A stretch of 58,324 nucleotides of DNA, counting the filler, from Streblomastix strix (Eukaryota), in NCBI GenBank assembly GCA_008636045.1. It is 2 parts of 2 records of this genome, joined end to end, with 100 filler letters (N's around TTAATTAATTAA, not from the genome) between each part and the next. Parts side by side here need not be neighbours in the genome. Positions count along the whole stretch, not along the records: positions 1 to 29,153 come from SNRW01000107.1; positions 29,254 to 58,324 come from SNRW01000108.1. One strand, given 5' to 3'. The number at the start of each line of letters is the position of its first letter. The stretch's first letter is position 1. Below are positions 28,788 to 42,199 of the stretch, piece after piece. Below the pieces are notes generated by a model. It made no database searches and was not told the DNA's origin. It saw only the letters and a list, made by a program, of their open reading frames with translations. Made by a program: the position numbers and the translations under genes.

Positions 28788-29153
28788 ATGCCTCTTGATA
28801 AATCATCTAGACAAGGAAAAAACGGTTGTTTCAGTCGCATTAAGCACATTTTTTGTTGCTATTGTCATCGTTGTTGCTGTTGTGATCAACAATATTTGAA
28901 GTTAGATGATTAAAATCTTTAAAACGTATATTTGACATAAACCGAGGAAGCTGTAATATAGGAGAATGAAAATCATGTGGTTAATGGTGTAGAACAATAG
29001 ACTGAAGTGTTGAAGAAAGACTAGAAAAAGATTTAGAAAAAAAATTTGATTAGGAATAAAACCGAGAAAAAAAAATGGAATGATAATAATGTAGTTTAAT
29101 TTGAAAGTGAAAAAGAAAATAAATAGGAAATTAAGAAAAAAAGAAAATAAATT
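28788..29153 (+). CDS. 5' fragment of a hypothetical protein with an N-terminal Cys cluster, truncated by the assembly gap
   Basis: With TAR=Gln it reads MPLDKSSRQGKNGCFSRIKHIFCCYCHRCCCCDQQYLKL...KQEIKKKENK, open up to the N run, with the same purine-rich coding-strand bias as the other genes. Confidence 0.55.
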
Positions 29154-29253
29154 NNNNNNNNNNNNNNNNNNNNNNNNNNNNNNNNNNNNNNNNNNNNTTA
29201 ATTAATTAANNNNNNNNNNNNNNNNNNNNNNNNNNNNNNNNNNNNNNNNNNNN
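29154..29253. other. Artificial 100-nt scaffold/contig linker N44-TTAATTAATTAA-N44
   Basis: Symmetric N runs around a palindromic six-frame-stop spacer, total exactly 100 nt. Adjacency of the two flanks is not guaranteed. Confidence 0.93.
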
Positions 29254-29341
29254 GATATTATACAAATAAAAAAATATAATAAATATGTAAATATAATAAA
29301 CAAATAAATAAATAAAATATGTTTAAAAAAATTAATAAATT

Positions 29342-32300
29342 TCATACAGGAGTATTTAATTTTCCAATTTAATCATTATCACCAATTGTATCATAATCCC
29401 AAAGTTCAAAATGAATTGATCTATCTTCATTTGTCGCTGAATCGTACTCAAATTCAAATGCTATTTATAAAAAATAAAAAGAAATAAAATGAAAATAAGA
29501 AAATGAAATAAGTAAAATTAATAAATTAAATAATAAATTATTAAAAAATATAAATTTGTACTTTCATTATATTCTGCATTTAATGTATTTTTCACTTTTT
29601 TAGTTTTAAACTCATTAGTTCCATTTTTTACAACAATAAATGGATCAGATTTTCCATTAAAATCCATTGCTGCTACATCTTTAACTCCAATAACTGTTAC
29701 TTTTACTTTTCCTTTCTTAAGATCAACATCTAAATCTTATTCTTATTCTTATTCTTATTCTTATTTATCCTTTTCATGTTAATCTTATTAATTACCTTCA
29801 ATGTCAGTATCTGTTGTTAATCCAAATATATTTTTATTGTTTTCTATATCTTGATCATCTTATTATTATGATCCACTACTTTATTTAAGATGATTATCTT
29901 ATTCTTATTATTCATTTGTTTCACTCTATTAACTTCCAATTGTATTCTTCTTATCATTCACAGTATCTTCACCCCAAGTTTCATCATACCCTTTATCAAT
30001 ATCATATTATATATCCTATACATCTTAACTATTCTATTATTCATTTTCATTCTCTTAATTGTCTTAATTGTCTTAATTCTCTTTTTGATTTTCATGTTAT
30101 TCAGAACTCCCTGTTTAACTCATTCTTCCAGAATGAATGACACTCCCATGTTAACTATATGTGCTTTTAGGTTTATCAATATTAGAGGTAGTTTAATCTA
30201 TTAAATTATCTTTCTATTTCCCATCAAATGAATTAAGGCTTCCTGAATTAGCAGTATCAAAAGGATGTTTAGTTTAGCTATGAGCACTTGAAGGTCGTTA
30301 TATTTAAGTAGAATGTTGACTTTTAATACTTCCCTCCTAATCTCTTACACTTCCAGTTTATATTAATGATTTCTGACTTTAAATTTCAGATCCTTTTCTG
30401 GATATTTTATCATTCTTTTATTATTCTTATTCATCTGTGCCATTTAAATTTTGGCTATTTTAATCTTATTTATGTGAAGAGCTACTCTTTCTACTCATTG
30501 ATTAATCATTTTACTATCCAATCTTTTGATTTGTATTTTATTGAGATATTTAACTTTACTTTTCAACGTTTTAATCATCTTAACTATTAATGCTTCTTTA
30601 ATCTTATATTTCATTCCTTTCTTTTTATCCTTCTTCAAATTATTATTATTTTATATATTTCTATCTTTAAGATTCTGTTTAAGATCTCTTTTCATTAAGA
30701 CTTTATTATTCACTTTAAGGTTTTTATGTATCATCTTCTTATCCTTCAATTTATTATTACTATTACTAATCTTTAATGCTTCTTTAGCTTTAATCAATGT
30801 CTGATTTCCTTCTTTCAACAACACTTTGATGGGATTTTTTATCATCATTTTATTCATCTTATACATTTGTTGTTCTTCCTAATTCTTTTAATGATTTTGA
30901 ATCATATATGTTATAAGGTATTGATTCATGAGGTTTTCTTCTTAATGCACTTGGCATTGTATTTAATATTCCTTAATCAGAATCATTTAATTATGATTTT
31001 TGATTTGACATTATATCTATTTTAGAATTTGATAAATCTTATTATTATATATCACTTTAAGGTTTATTTATTATTTCAGTGTCTGATTTTTGTTATTCTT
31101 TCTCTTTTTTCTTTTTAGATATTTTTCCAATTAATTTTTAAGCTTCAACACCAGTAACAGAAGTACTTGAATAAGAAGAATAAGAATCTTGACTTTCATT
31201 TAATGAGTGTTTTGATTTAGCAGAAGGTGGTCCATGTTTACTAATGTGAGAGTGAGATATAGAAGGTGTATGTGAAATGTTTTATTGTTATTATTATTAC
31301 TATTATTGTTATGATTATTATTATTATTATTATTAATTAGATTATGATGGAGAAGGAATTGGAGAATGAGCATGACTTTTAGATTTAGATGTTTCTTTTA
31401 TTGATTGTGGAGTTTGTACATCTTTACGCTAAGATTGAGTTGGAGTTTATTCTTTTATTTTATTTTTATCCCTATCTTTGTCATTATCTTTGTCTTTGTC
31501 TTTATCTTTATCTAAATCCTTATGTTATTCATCATCAATATGTTTATGTTTTCTTTCTTTCTATTTTTATTTCTGCTTTTCTTTTTCTTTTTATTTCCTT
31601 TCTTCAGAATCTTCTTCTTCATTTTCTTTCCCTTCAGTTTAATTAGCCCATATTCCACCAGAACACTGTTATTATGGATGTGAATGCTTCTAAGGAGAAA
31701 TATTCTATCCATTTTCAGATGTTGATTATGTCTATGATGATGCTTATGTACTTATTGAACTTCTAAGAGAACCTTTAGTCTCCTGTTCATTATCTTTCAT
31801 ATTCTTTTGTTTTATGTTCTTTGCACATTAATAACATATTTTCTTAGTTGGGTTCTAAGATTATTATTTAATATCTTCCCATTCTTATTCACCAACACAT
31901 AATTAAAAAGGAAGAAGAGTCTCATAACTCAAATTAAGAATAAAATCAATGTTCCACAGATCTTAATCTTCATATTCATCATCATCATCATCATCTTATC
32001 CTTCATTATTCCCTTATTCATTCACTCTATCTAATATTCCTTCTTACTATTATCTTTCTCTTTCTCTTTCTCTTCTATGAACTTTCTCTCTTTTCCTTCC
32101 TTCTTTAGCTGATAGAATTACTCTCTTACTTATCTTACCATAATGTTCAACTAATTCATTCATCTATATCTCACCTGCTGCCAATAGATATGCAGCATCT
32201 GGAGTCATTATATTCTCTTAATTAATAAATACAATTGGAGTTGTTATAATACCTGGAGGAGGTTACAATAATTGTTAAGGAGATTAATCTATTTAAGAAT

Positions 32301-35300
32301 GAATAGATAATTATGTAGTTGTATTACCAGTGTTATCAAACGAAGGAATATTAGGAGTCTGAATTAATGCATACAATTCAATTGCAACAGTATGTTTAGA
32401 TAAAGAATGAATCCATTTAGAATTAACATCATGTCTGAATCTAACTGCATAATCCCAATGAGGTGCAGGTCCTTTTGATTATGGTGTTCTAGATAGTTAA
32501 AATAAAGGAGAATCAACAACAATGAATAATTATAATCCAGAAAGAAACATCAACGTCTCTGCAACTGACTATGGAGGTGGTCTGGATTAAAATAAGTTAC
32601 TGAAATAATTATCATTCTTTAATTTAGGAGATTGTTTAGATTTCTTTGTTTCCATAAATTAGTCTTTTATTAGTTACTGTTATGGAGATATTGGAGGAGA
32701 ATCTCCATCTGGACCGACATTATCAAACATTGGATCAAATGATTTAACTATTAATTATTATTATGCTCTTTATTCTTATGAATTTAGTGATGAATTCTAT
32801 GAATTGGATCTTTATTATTAGAATTATTGATTGTTATTATTCTTTATACTATTGAATGAAGGAGCTGCAGTCACACTTAATTATTTTTATGATTGAGATT
32901 ATATCATATTATCATTGGATGATCTTTGTTACCTATTTCTTTCTCTTTCTGATGAATTTTCTCCCTTTTTTATCTAAGAAGGAATATCAAGTAATGTTGA
33001 AGTGAATAGTATTGGAGTTGAATGTTAACTTTTTGTGGACTATTACTATTATTGAGATGGTGACTATTTCACTTATTTATTTTTATTCTCTTCCTTTGTA
33101 ATCTATTAATTCAATTTTGCTTAATTATTATTCTTTCCTTCACTAATAATAGGTTATTTTCTTATACCATGTTATTATTATATTTAAAGTCTTAGTCTGT
33201 TATTTCTTTAAGGAGGAGTGATATCAATATCAGCAATAAATATGCAAACAATATTCTCTCCAGGCTCCAAACCTCCAACTTCACATAATCCAGCTGCAAA
33301 TACAATGTGATTACGAATACGAGCACATAATTACAACATTTATTCTTTTTATGATTCATTCTTTATTTAAAGTTCCATTGATCTTTCCTATTCAATTGTT
33401 GTGCCTTTTCCAATCATTCCTTCAAGATGAGTAATTCTTTAATCTTTCTTTTTTTATTCATCTTATAATTATTATAATTATTTCTTATGCTATTTAATAT
33501 TATTTTATTTAGTTATAAGATATGAATAATGCTACATTAATAAACCCTATTATCCATTTAAATTAGATTATTGTTATTCATTAATTCCTTATTCAGGTTC
33601 TTTTTATAATTCTTTTATAACTGTTATAGCTTCTGCTAGTTCATCATCTTTGAATTAATCAAATTCAAAATATCTTTATTTTTCTTTTATTAACTTATCT
33701 TTTTCTTCATTTAATTGTTTTATTTTTTGAAGAAGTAATAATTTCTCTTAATCCGAAGCTTATTTCATTTCTTCCAATGCATTTTCAGTTTATTCAACAT
33801 CTAATAGAGCTTTTTAAGTCTCTTCATTTGCTTATCTTATTTTCACTTCATCTGCTTCTTATTGTTTAATTAATGCTATTTTACCTTCTTCTTCTATACG
33901 TTATTATTCATTTAATAATTATTATCTTTCTTCTTTAAACCTCTCCAATACTATTTTATCAATCTCACTCTATTTACCTGCAGCAATGAGTCTCAATCTC
34001 TCTAAATCAACAGCCAATGAAAGAGCTCTTTATCTTTCATCTTTAAGTAAACCTTCAGATCTCTTCAATTATATTGAGAGTTATTTCTTCTCTTCTTCTC
34101 TTTATTCTTCACCTGCCTATAATCTGGCTAATTCAAGCTATCTTGGGAAACATAAGGAGTGATCTGCTTTGAGAGAAGCTAATTTAGTTTCTGCTTCTGC
34201 TTATCTTCCAAGAATCACATCTCTTTCTCCACAAACAGTTGCATGCTCACGTTCCATTGCAAAGAAACGTTATTCAAGTTCTGCATATCTTCTTCTTAGT
34301 AAATCAGCTTTAGAAATAGCATCATGTAGCTTTGAATTTAATAGAGATATCTTCTATTCAAGAGCTGCAACACGCTCACTATCTATGGATACATGAACAT
34401 GCGCTTCAGCAACAGGTTAACCAGAATGTTATTACATCTCAGGTTTTTATTGGGATGATTCTTTATTTAACTGAGATTCATCTATTTTCTAATTTTTCTA
34501 TTTAATTTTATCTGTCTCTCTTACTTTTAAAGGCACTTCTGATAATGTATCATCGTCTTCTCTCTTGATATTATGATGATTATTCCTTGATTTACTTCTT
34601 TAATGTTCATTAATCTTATTATTATGTTTAGATTCTTTTTCTATTGCTGGTTATTGAGGAGCAAAAACATAATAAATCCGAGGTTATTATTAATTGATTG
34701 GTTATAATTGGTTTATTGATTATGATTGAGAAGCTGATTATGCTTATGTTAAAGGTTATTGAGAAGGTTGTGCATTATAATTAACATTAGAGTTTTGATA
34801 TTCAATTGGTTATTATAGCAACTATTATAACTATTCATTCGAGGATGAATTATCAGGAGGAATGATATGTGGTTGAAGTGAGATGGGTTGTGGTGGTGTT
34901 TAATGAAGTAGTTGAGGTGGCGTGAGACTTTACGATTCTTAGGATGGAGAATTAGGCTAGGATTACTACAAATAATTAATTATGAAACATTAAAAAAAGC
35001 AAAAATTTAAAAAGAGTGTTGTATACTGGTCTTCTCATAGCCTATTTAGGTGGTTCTGCATTTCTTCTATTGTTCTGCTTTTTATCTTCTATAAAATATG
35101 TATTAATAATAATAAAAAAATTTCAATTAAGAATACCTTGCTCCAATTACATCACTCATAATGCATCTTCTCGCATTTTATGGATGGCTGTTTGCAATCT
35201 AAAATTACATTGAACAAAATTAAATTAAAAAATTATCAAACTCTCTAATTTTTCGATCTTTCTCTATATTTTAAGCCTACAACTCTCGATTATTACCCTC

Positions 35301-35369
35301 AAGTTTGTAGAATTTGTCTTCAGCATCGCGTTCATCACCTACACGCTGCTTTGGAGCTCGTCGTGCCAT
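29342..35369 (-). CDS. RPGRIP1L/RPGRIP1 (MKS5)-like transition-zone protein: coiled coils, C2-C2_1 domain and C-terminal canonical C2 domain; one in-frame TGA at 35156-35158; 3' end uncertain next to the gap
   Basis: ATG at 35369 gives MARRAPKQRVGDERDAEDKFYKLEGNNRELQAQNIEKDRKIRELQTAIHKMRED. Also DDELAEAITVIK, GLEPGENIVCIFI, TPQSKGPAPHWDYAVRFRHDVNSKWIHSLSKHTVAIELY, and C2 motif VKVTVIGVKDVAAMDFNGKSDPFIVV...KTKKVKNTLNAEYNE...FELWDYDTIGDNDQIG. The last GTATGA may be a stop or an intron donor. Confidence 0.7.
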
Positions 35370-36035
35370 TTCAATAATAAAATCTATTAATTTATAAAGT
35401 AAAAAAATTAATCCATGATTACAAAACTACTGCAGTTCGATAAAATTTAAAATTAATCCAGAAAATGTAAAAAAATAAAAAAATATAGGTATATTATTCA
35501 TGATTAACTATAATACAGCTCAATAATATATTCAGTTAATATATTATTTGTATGAAAAATTTTATTTGACATTTAAACAATAGAACAAGACAGAAATTTA
35601 ACATGAAAATTCTTGAGATATATGATCCATAACTTAAAAGCTCTAATATTGATATAGTTTCACAATTTTGTTGGATGAAATTTCATTTTTTATTCATATA
35701 TATCATTATTAGCAATTTTATCATAAAAAGTTACTCGGATATTAACCAGCACTTCCACAATTGAAAACAAAATATTAATTTCAGATATTCAGCTATAAGC
35801 GGAACTTATGTAATTATCAAAATTATATAATTAAATATAATAATAATGTAAGAAATATTTTAATTAAGACGTAGTATAAAATACAAATTCTAGTGATAAA
35901 ATGCAAAAACAATATTTATTCTCAAAATGCTCGATTTTTACTTTCTATCGATAAATTTCCTTTTTTCTCTAATATTTTAATGCATATTTCTTTACTTATA
36001 AATTTATATATGGTTTTATGTTATGTTAATTAGAA

Positions 36036-39000
36036 ATGTACCTCATTTTCTTGCTTCTTGCTTTGCTCAAAGTAATTCATACTGAAGATTCACATATAAT
36101 ATTCCTTGATGACTTTTCTAGAGATGTTGCTGAATGTGGAACGGAAGAAAAGCCTTGCAGGTCGATTAAATATGCTGTTGATACATACTGCACCTAAGAA
36201 TACATTACAGAGATTATTGGAAATGGATCTTCATTCAATGAGCAAAGTATAAACATCAAAGATAAGAAAGTTCACTTTATTCCAAAATCAAGCTATAATA
36301 TTACTATTGCAATTGTTTCTTCACAGCAAAATGAGTCTTCATTATTTGAGATAGAGAGCGGATATCTTTCTATTGAGAATGTAACACTGAATAGTCCATT
36401 ATCTACAAAAACATTCTAACTCATAATTCTTGGATAATAAGGAAGTCTTATTCTCTCAAACTGCACAATCAAAACCAATAATGCAAATAGAGTCTTTGAT
36501 TTGAGTATTATTGACTTAAAAGGAGGAGTAACTACATTTACAGATGTTATGTTTTAATAATTCAAATTAAATTCCTATGCACTTATATAAGTTTCTGAGC
36601 TTGTATAAATTTTGACTCTGGAATAATGTTCATTCGCTCAAACAAATAGAAAAGTAGGAAATGGAGCTGCAATTGAAGCGACTCTTAGATCAGGAAGTGT
36701 AATTGAATTAATTGGAGTCTCATTTAAGAATTGTGAAGTCATTAATGGGAATGGAGGAGCTTTGAGCATTAATATGTTAACTGGATCTTCATTTTACATC
36801 CGAGATAGTATTGGATAATCTGAACCATTAAATATTCATTCTGAGTTTTAGAATTGTGTTGCTTCTGCTGATGTAATATCTCCTGGACAAAGTTTGGGTC
36901 AAGGTGGATCAATATTCATTAATTGCATTTCTAGTAGTTAAAGGGATATAAATTCTAATTAAGTTGAATTTGATATTAATCTTACTAATGTTAATGTGTA
37001 TAATAACAGAGCAATAGTAGGATAAGATTTGTACATTATTGCATAGGATCTTGATTCAGTTGCTACACATGATAGATTCAATATAATATATGATAATGAA
37101 ACTGAAGGATAACCACTTGGATCAATAGTTGGTCATAGTGATTATTATTTAGTTGGTGAATATGATTTAAAAGATTTATGGGAAATAACTCCTCCACATG
37201 TAGGAATGAATATTATAATTAATGGAAGTACTGATTAATAGTCTGGTGAATAATAAGGAAGAGATCATCCATGGTGTGGAAAGACTGAATAATATGGATG
37301 TTCTACTCTTCCATATGCTGTTGAATTATCTGGAGGAGTTGCTTCTAAAATATATATAATACAACAAACTAATATATATAAGTAAACAAATATCAGTGGT
37401 ATATATGTATTCCCAATACAATTGAAGCCTTAACCTCGTTTGAATTATAATAAACATATAAGTAATTAAGATTCAGACATTTTGATTGATATATATCTTA
37501 AAGAGAATTAATAATAACTTACTTCATAACCAAGTAGATCCCTACTATTTACTATAGGAGATACATTGCTTCATAATTTGAGATTTAATCTTCCAAATAT
37601 TCTCCCAGCATAACATTCTGCATTAATTGAATTATATTAAGGCAATATATCAATTATTCTTTGTCAGTTTATAGGAGAAACATAAACAAAGAATATTTCT
37701 CCTCTTATTGTTCCCAATTAAGGATTTAATGAAGTAAAAGTTTTGAATTATGCCTTATTTCGATAATTATATGGAGATTCGCTTATCTCAAATTGTTCAT
37801 TAACAGATGCTTCATTTGAAGACAGGTATGAATCAACAGGTGAAACTCTATCTTCAGGACCATTTCTAATTAATCTTAGATATGATTCTTAATAATAACC
37901 TTCTTCATTCAAAGCTGAAAATACATCATTTGAAAGAATAACATTACTTAGAAGTAGAATATTCTCCCTTGAATTGAGCTAAGATGAAGATTATCTATCT
38001 GTTGAAACACAAACCACTTTTCCATCTTTCTCACTTACTAACTGTATTTTCAATGATATAATTAAGCCTTCAATTAGAAGAGCATGTTTAATATCCACTA
38101 TTCATACTGATATGTTAACTTCAAATAAAAATAAAATACTAACAATTAATTCTCCAAGAATCTTATTAAGTAACTGTTCAATAACCAAATGTGGATCAGG
38201 TACAGAAGATTATACAATGAATGAAGGTTAGAAGAGTATATTAGTTACAATTGAAGGATGTTATATTGAACTAAGTCAATCTACATTCTCCAATATAATA
38301 TCAGGTAATCAAATATAAACAAATCTATCAAATAAACAAATATGTTTATGGGGATGGGATAAAGAATAATATATATCTGCATCTCCTGATGATATTACAG
38401 TTGATTTCCTCTTCATAAATTGTGATACTTTGTTTTATTCTATTAAAGTAGAGTAAAGCGAAGATAGTGGAATTGGTATTGTAGGAGGATAGTATCATAT
38501 TATAGATGCAACTTTTTCTATGATTGGATAACCTCCTTAAAGTTCAGATGAGCATGAATCTCTTAGACAACTATTCCCATCAGCTCGAAAGAATATTTGG
38601 TGTAGAAATGGATCAATCATTCTGGATAGTGTAATAGTTGATGGATAGCAAGATTCATTATGGTTTGATATTGATGGATGTTAATTAATTGGAGAATTGG
38701 GAGAGAAGATGAATACAAATTCATTATTCAAACCTTCTTTATAGAATGTTGTATATATTGACCCATAGTCTGATAATCAATCTATGATTAATAATATAAT
38801 AGCATATAAGAGTATAAATAAAGATGAAGAATAACCTGATAATTATACATTTGAAATAACTGGGAAGAACTTCTTTCCATGTGGATTGAAGATTGTCTAT
38901 CTTACTATTCATGACAAAACCAGACCAGCTGATATTTCAGATCCTCATGATATATAAGTTATTAATGAGGGATTGGCTTATTTTACTATAAACACATTAG

Positions 39001-39359
39001 ATGAATTAAAGTAATTAGGCAAGAAATGGGCAATTGCATTAGTTTATGGGTAAGAATTCAAAGAAATGTCAGAAGCCTTTTTCCCTGGAAACCTACCCAA
39101 AGATATATGGAAGGACTAATTGAAAGCTTGGTAGATTACTCTAATAATTATTGGGACGCTAATTATTATCGCACTACTTATTGTTGCAATAGCTTTGGGG
39201 ATGTATTATCATATTAAGAATAAGAGGAAGAACCAAACCCCAGCAAGAAGTTTAAAGAGGCGCTGGCGTCGTGCACGAGCTGAAGCTGATATCATGGCGC
39301 CAGTAACTTCTGCTGAAGGGGATTACAAAATAGCCAATGAAAGTACAAAGCAGCCTTGA
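36036..39359 (+). CDS. Intronless type I membrane/surface protein (1,107 aa) with signal peptide, beta-helix/Pmp-like ectodomain, one TM helix and short basic tail
   Basis: Signal peptide MYLIFLLLALLKVIHT; CGTEEKPCRSIKYA and CGKTEQYGCSTLPYA motifs; GGA(I/L)...F.NC repeats; FPSARKNIWC; GKNFFPCGL; TM segment WQITLIIIGTLIIIALLIVAIALGMYY followed by KNKRK; TGA 39357-39359. Confidence 0.85.
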
Positions 39360-39841
39360 GATAATTATTCTATAGGAAACCATTCATACTACTAGTTAAC
39401 TATTAAAATAAAAATGTTACTTTTATTTAATGTAGATTGACTTCAATTTTTAGAAATTGAAGCTCGAAGAAGAAAACGAAATCTATATTTTGGTATTCTT
39501 CTCTAAAAAAGTTTTTACACTTTCATTCAATATTTGCTAATATTTGTATCATATTATTTATGCAAAGTTGTTGTATGATATAATTCATTTTTGATAAATT
39601 AATTTTTTGTTGTGACGGAAGATATTTCGCAAATCTGTAATTTCTTTTACAATCTTCAGCTATATTATTTATTTATTCATTTTATTATTATTAAAAACAT
39701 CGTTTATTTATCTTTCATTAAATTAACTAATTTTTTCATGAGCCTAGCCAAATACATGCTTTTTTCTTTTATTACATTTTTTCTCTATGAATTTTGATTT
39801 TATTATTATTATTTTTCAGAAATATCAAAAATACATCTATT

Positions 39842-42010
39842 ATGTTTACATAACTTACACCGTAATAACGTAGTGCGCTTCGGTTCCAAGAATTTTAGCA
39901 AGATTCTGACCCTGATGCAATGAGACATAGGAGAGAAGCGGAAACTGAAGATTTTCGTCGCAATAGACGAGATACTTTACTGCAAAGGCGTCGACGTGCT
40001 ACAAATACAGATGTTATAGAGACCTAACCATAAGTGAATTAGGGTGAATATGTGATAACGTAAGAAGAAAAAGATACGATTGATGAGTTACTTCCTCTCG
40101 TTCAGAATCTTCAATCTGAAAACAAAGAAATAGTACTTGAAAACACAATTAAAATTCGCAAATTATTATCCACGAGTATATTTTCATTCCCTTTCTCACC
40201 CTATAGACAATATTATCATTGTATATTATTACAGGGAATCATCCTCCTCCTGTTTAAGGTCTCACAAGTATTGATATTGTTACTTCATTGGTTAAGAATC
40301 TGGATGATGATTCTAATACAAAGATTCAATTTGAGACAGAATGGTGTTTAACCAATATAGGTATGATTTGATATTATGATACTAGATACTATATATATTA
40401 TTATACATATTAATTAGCATCAGGAAGTACAGCAAATGCTCGTGCAGTTGCATTCTCAGGTGGAATAGAAAAAATCATAGCATTAGGATATTCATTAGAT
40501 TAGGATGTGCGTCATTAAGCAGTTTGGTGTTTGGGAAATTTAGCTGGTGATTCAATTGATCTCAGAAAATATATGCTTCAAGTTGGTGCTTTAGAGATGG
40601 CTATTAAACATGTGGACCCAAGTTTAGTAGGTATTACTTTATTATATTCAATAATGTTGCATTCTGATTTCTTATAATGGTTCAATTTCTTATTCTTTTG
40701 TATTTATTTTAGATGAAAATTAATAAAGACCCAATTCTCAGCAAGAAATAATTGCATGGGCAATATGCAATTTTGTTAAGAATTTGCCAAATGAAGAAAG
40801 ATGTTATCAAGTCTGCTAGTTCATTTATATTAATATAAACTATTTCTATTTAAATATTATAACATGTGGTACTTAAAAGGCTGTTCTTCCTCTTTGCTCA
40901 CTACTTCAAGGAAAGAATGAAGGATTGATAAGAGAAGTAACACATGCACTCTCAATTCTAACAGAAGTTGGTATTGAACCATAACAGGTGTGAATGCAAT
41001 ATTTGTAACACATTTATATATTAAATATATTTTTAAATTATATTTCTACTTCAGGAAGTTGTGAAGTCGGGTTAACTCAGGTATTTAATATAATTTGGAT
41101 CAGGTAAAGAATAAAAAATTGCTTGTTCTGTCATTAAGATTATTGGCAATTTGATTTCATGTGATGATGATAGTGTTACATAAGTTTGACATTAGTTTAG
41201 TTTCTATACTAATTGATTCTCATTCATTTTCAATATTATTCATTTATTATTAAGGCTGTATTAGATTCAGGTGGTCTAAATATGCTCCTTTCCAATTTGA
41301 AGAACACAAACGGTACAATTGAAAGAGAGACAATTTGGGCACTGTCTAATTTAGCTGCAGGTACCCAGGAATAGGTTGATTATATGGTTAGATAAGGAGT
41401 AGCATAAGCAATGATGGAAAATCTTTAAACTAGACCGTGTGAATCTAAGCGTGAGATATGTTGGCTATTAATGAATTTAAGTTGTTCAGATAAGCCCTTT
41501 ATAATCAATTCCCTTGTAGAAGCTAGAGTCTTATAGGAATTGCCAATTATGCTTAGAATTGAAGATACAGGAATGAGAATTAATATTCTTAATACAATTC
41601 TTAACATCTTAAGATTCATAATGTCTAATAATGAAGAATCTAAAGCAAGATTAAAGGAGTATCAAGATTAAGTTAACTAAGATTAAGCTTCTGACAATTC
41701 GTTCAATGACTAATTTTTGATAAATTCCACCGACGAGATCAAGTAATGGGTTGGTGCTTGTGTCAATGATATTTGTGAGCAATATGGTGATAGGGAGATC
41801 AAAAAACTTTTAACGAATCAGGCAAAGAGAATAACTCGTCGTGCAAAATTAATATACAATCAATTCATTTTACCATTTGTTAGCTAAAGTGAGGAAGTGC
41901 AGGAGAGCGGACCACTGATAACAGACTCTTTGGGTGGCAGTACAGATTCATCAAGCAGTCTTCCATTTCATTAAGGTGCAACATCTGCTCCAGACAATAT
42001 CTGGGGGTGA
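39842..42010 (+). CDS. Importin (karyopherin) subunit alpha
   Basis: IBB-like MRHRREAETEDFRRNRRDTLLQRRRR; ARM repeats IRKLLS, IQFETEWCLTNIASGST, QAVWCLGNLAGDS, IIGNLISCDD, ETIWALSNLAAGT; about 6 introns; TGA 42008-42010. Confidence 0.93.
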
Positions 42011-42199
42011 TATAGTTCTTTTTAATAAAACCAATTTACTATATATTTTAATAACGTTTGTATAACTTTGCTCATTTTTAAGGATAACATAATTGCCAGT
42101 TACTTGTACTGAAATATCACCTCGTCCTAATTTTTATTTCGAAAAAGTTAATGTCCGAATTACTCCCCCAATTTTTATTTTTTTATTCTCTTCTACCAG

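Noticed and set aside
28828..29020. Minus-strand open frame as terminal exon of the RPGRIP1L-like gene
   Set aside because: It lies across an artificial linker and has the wrong strand composition; the plus-strand ORF from 28788 fits better.
29198..29209. Palindrome TTAATTAATTAA as a biological element
   Set aside because: It is centred in symmetric N runs totalling 100 nt, so it is a synthetic contig spacer.
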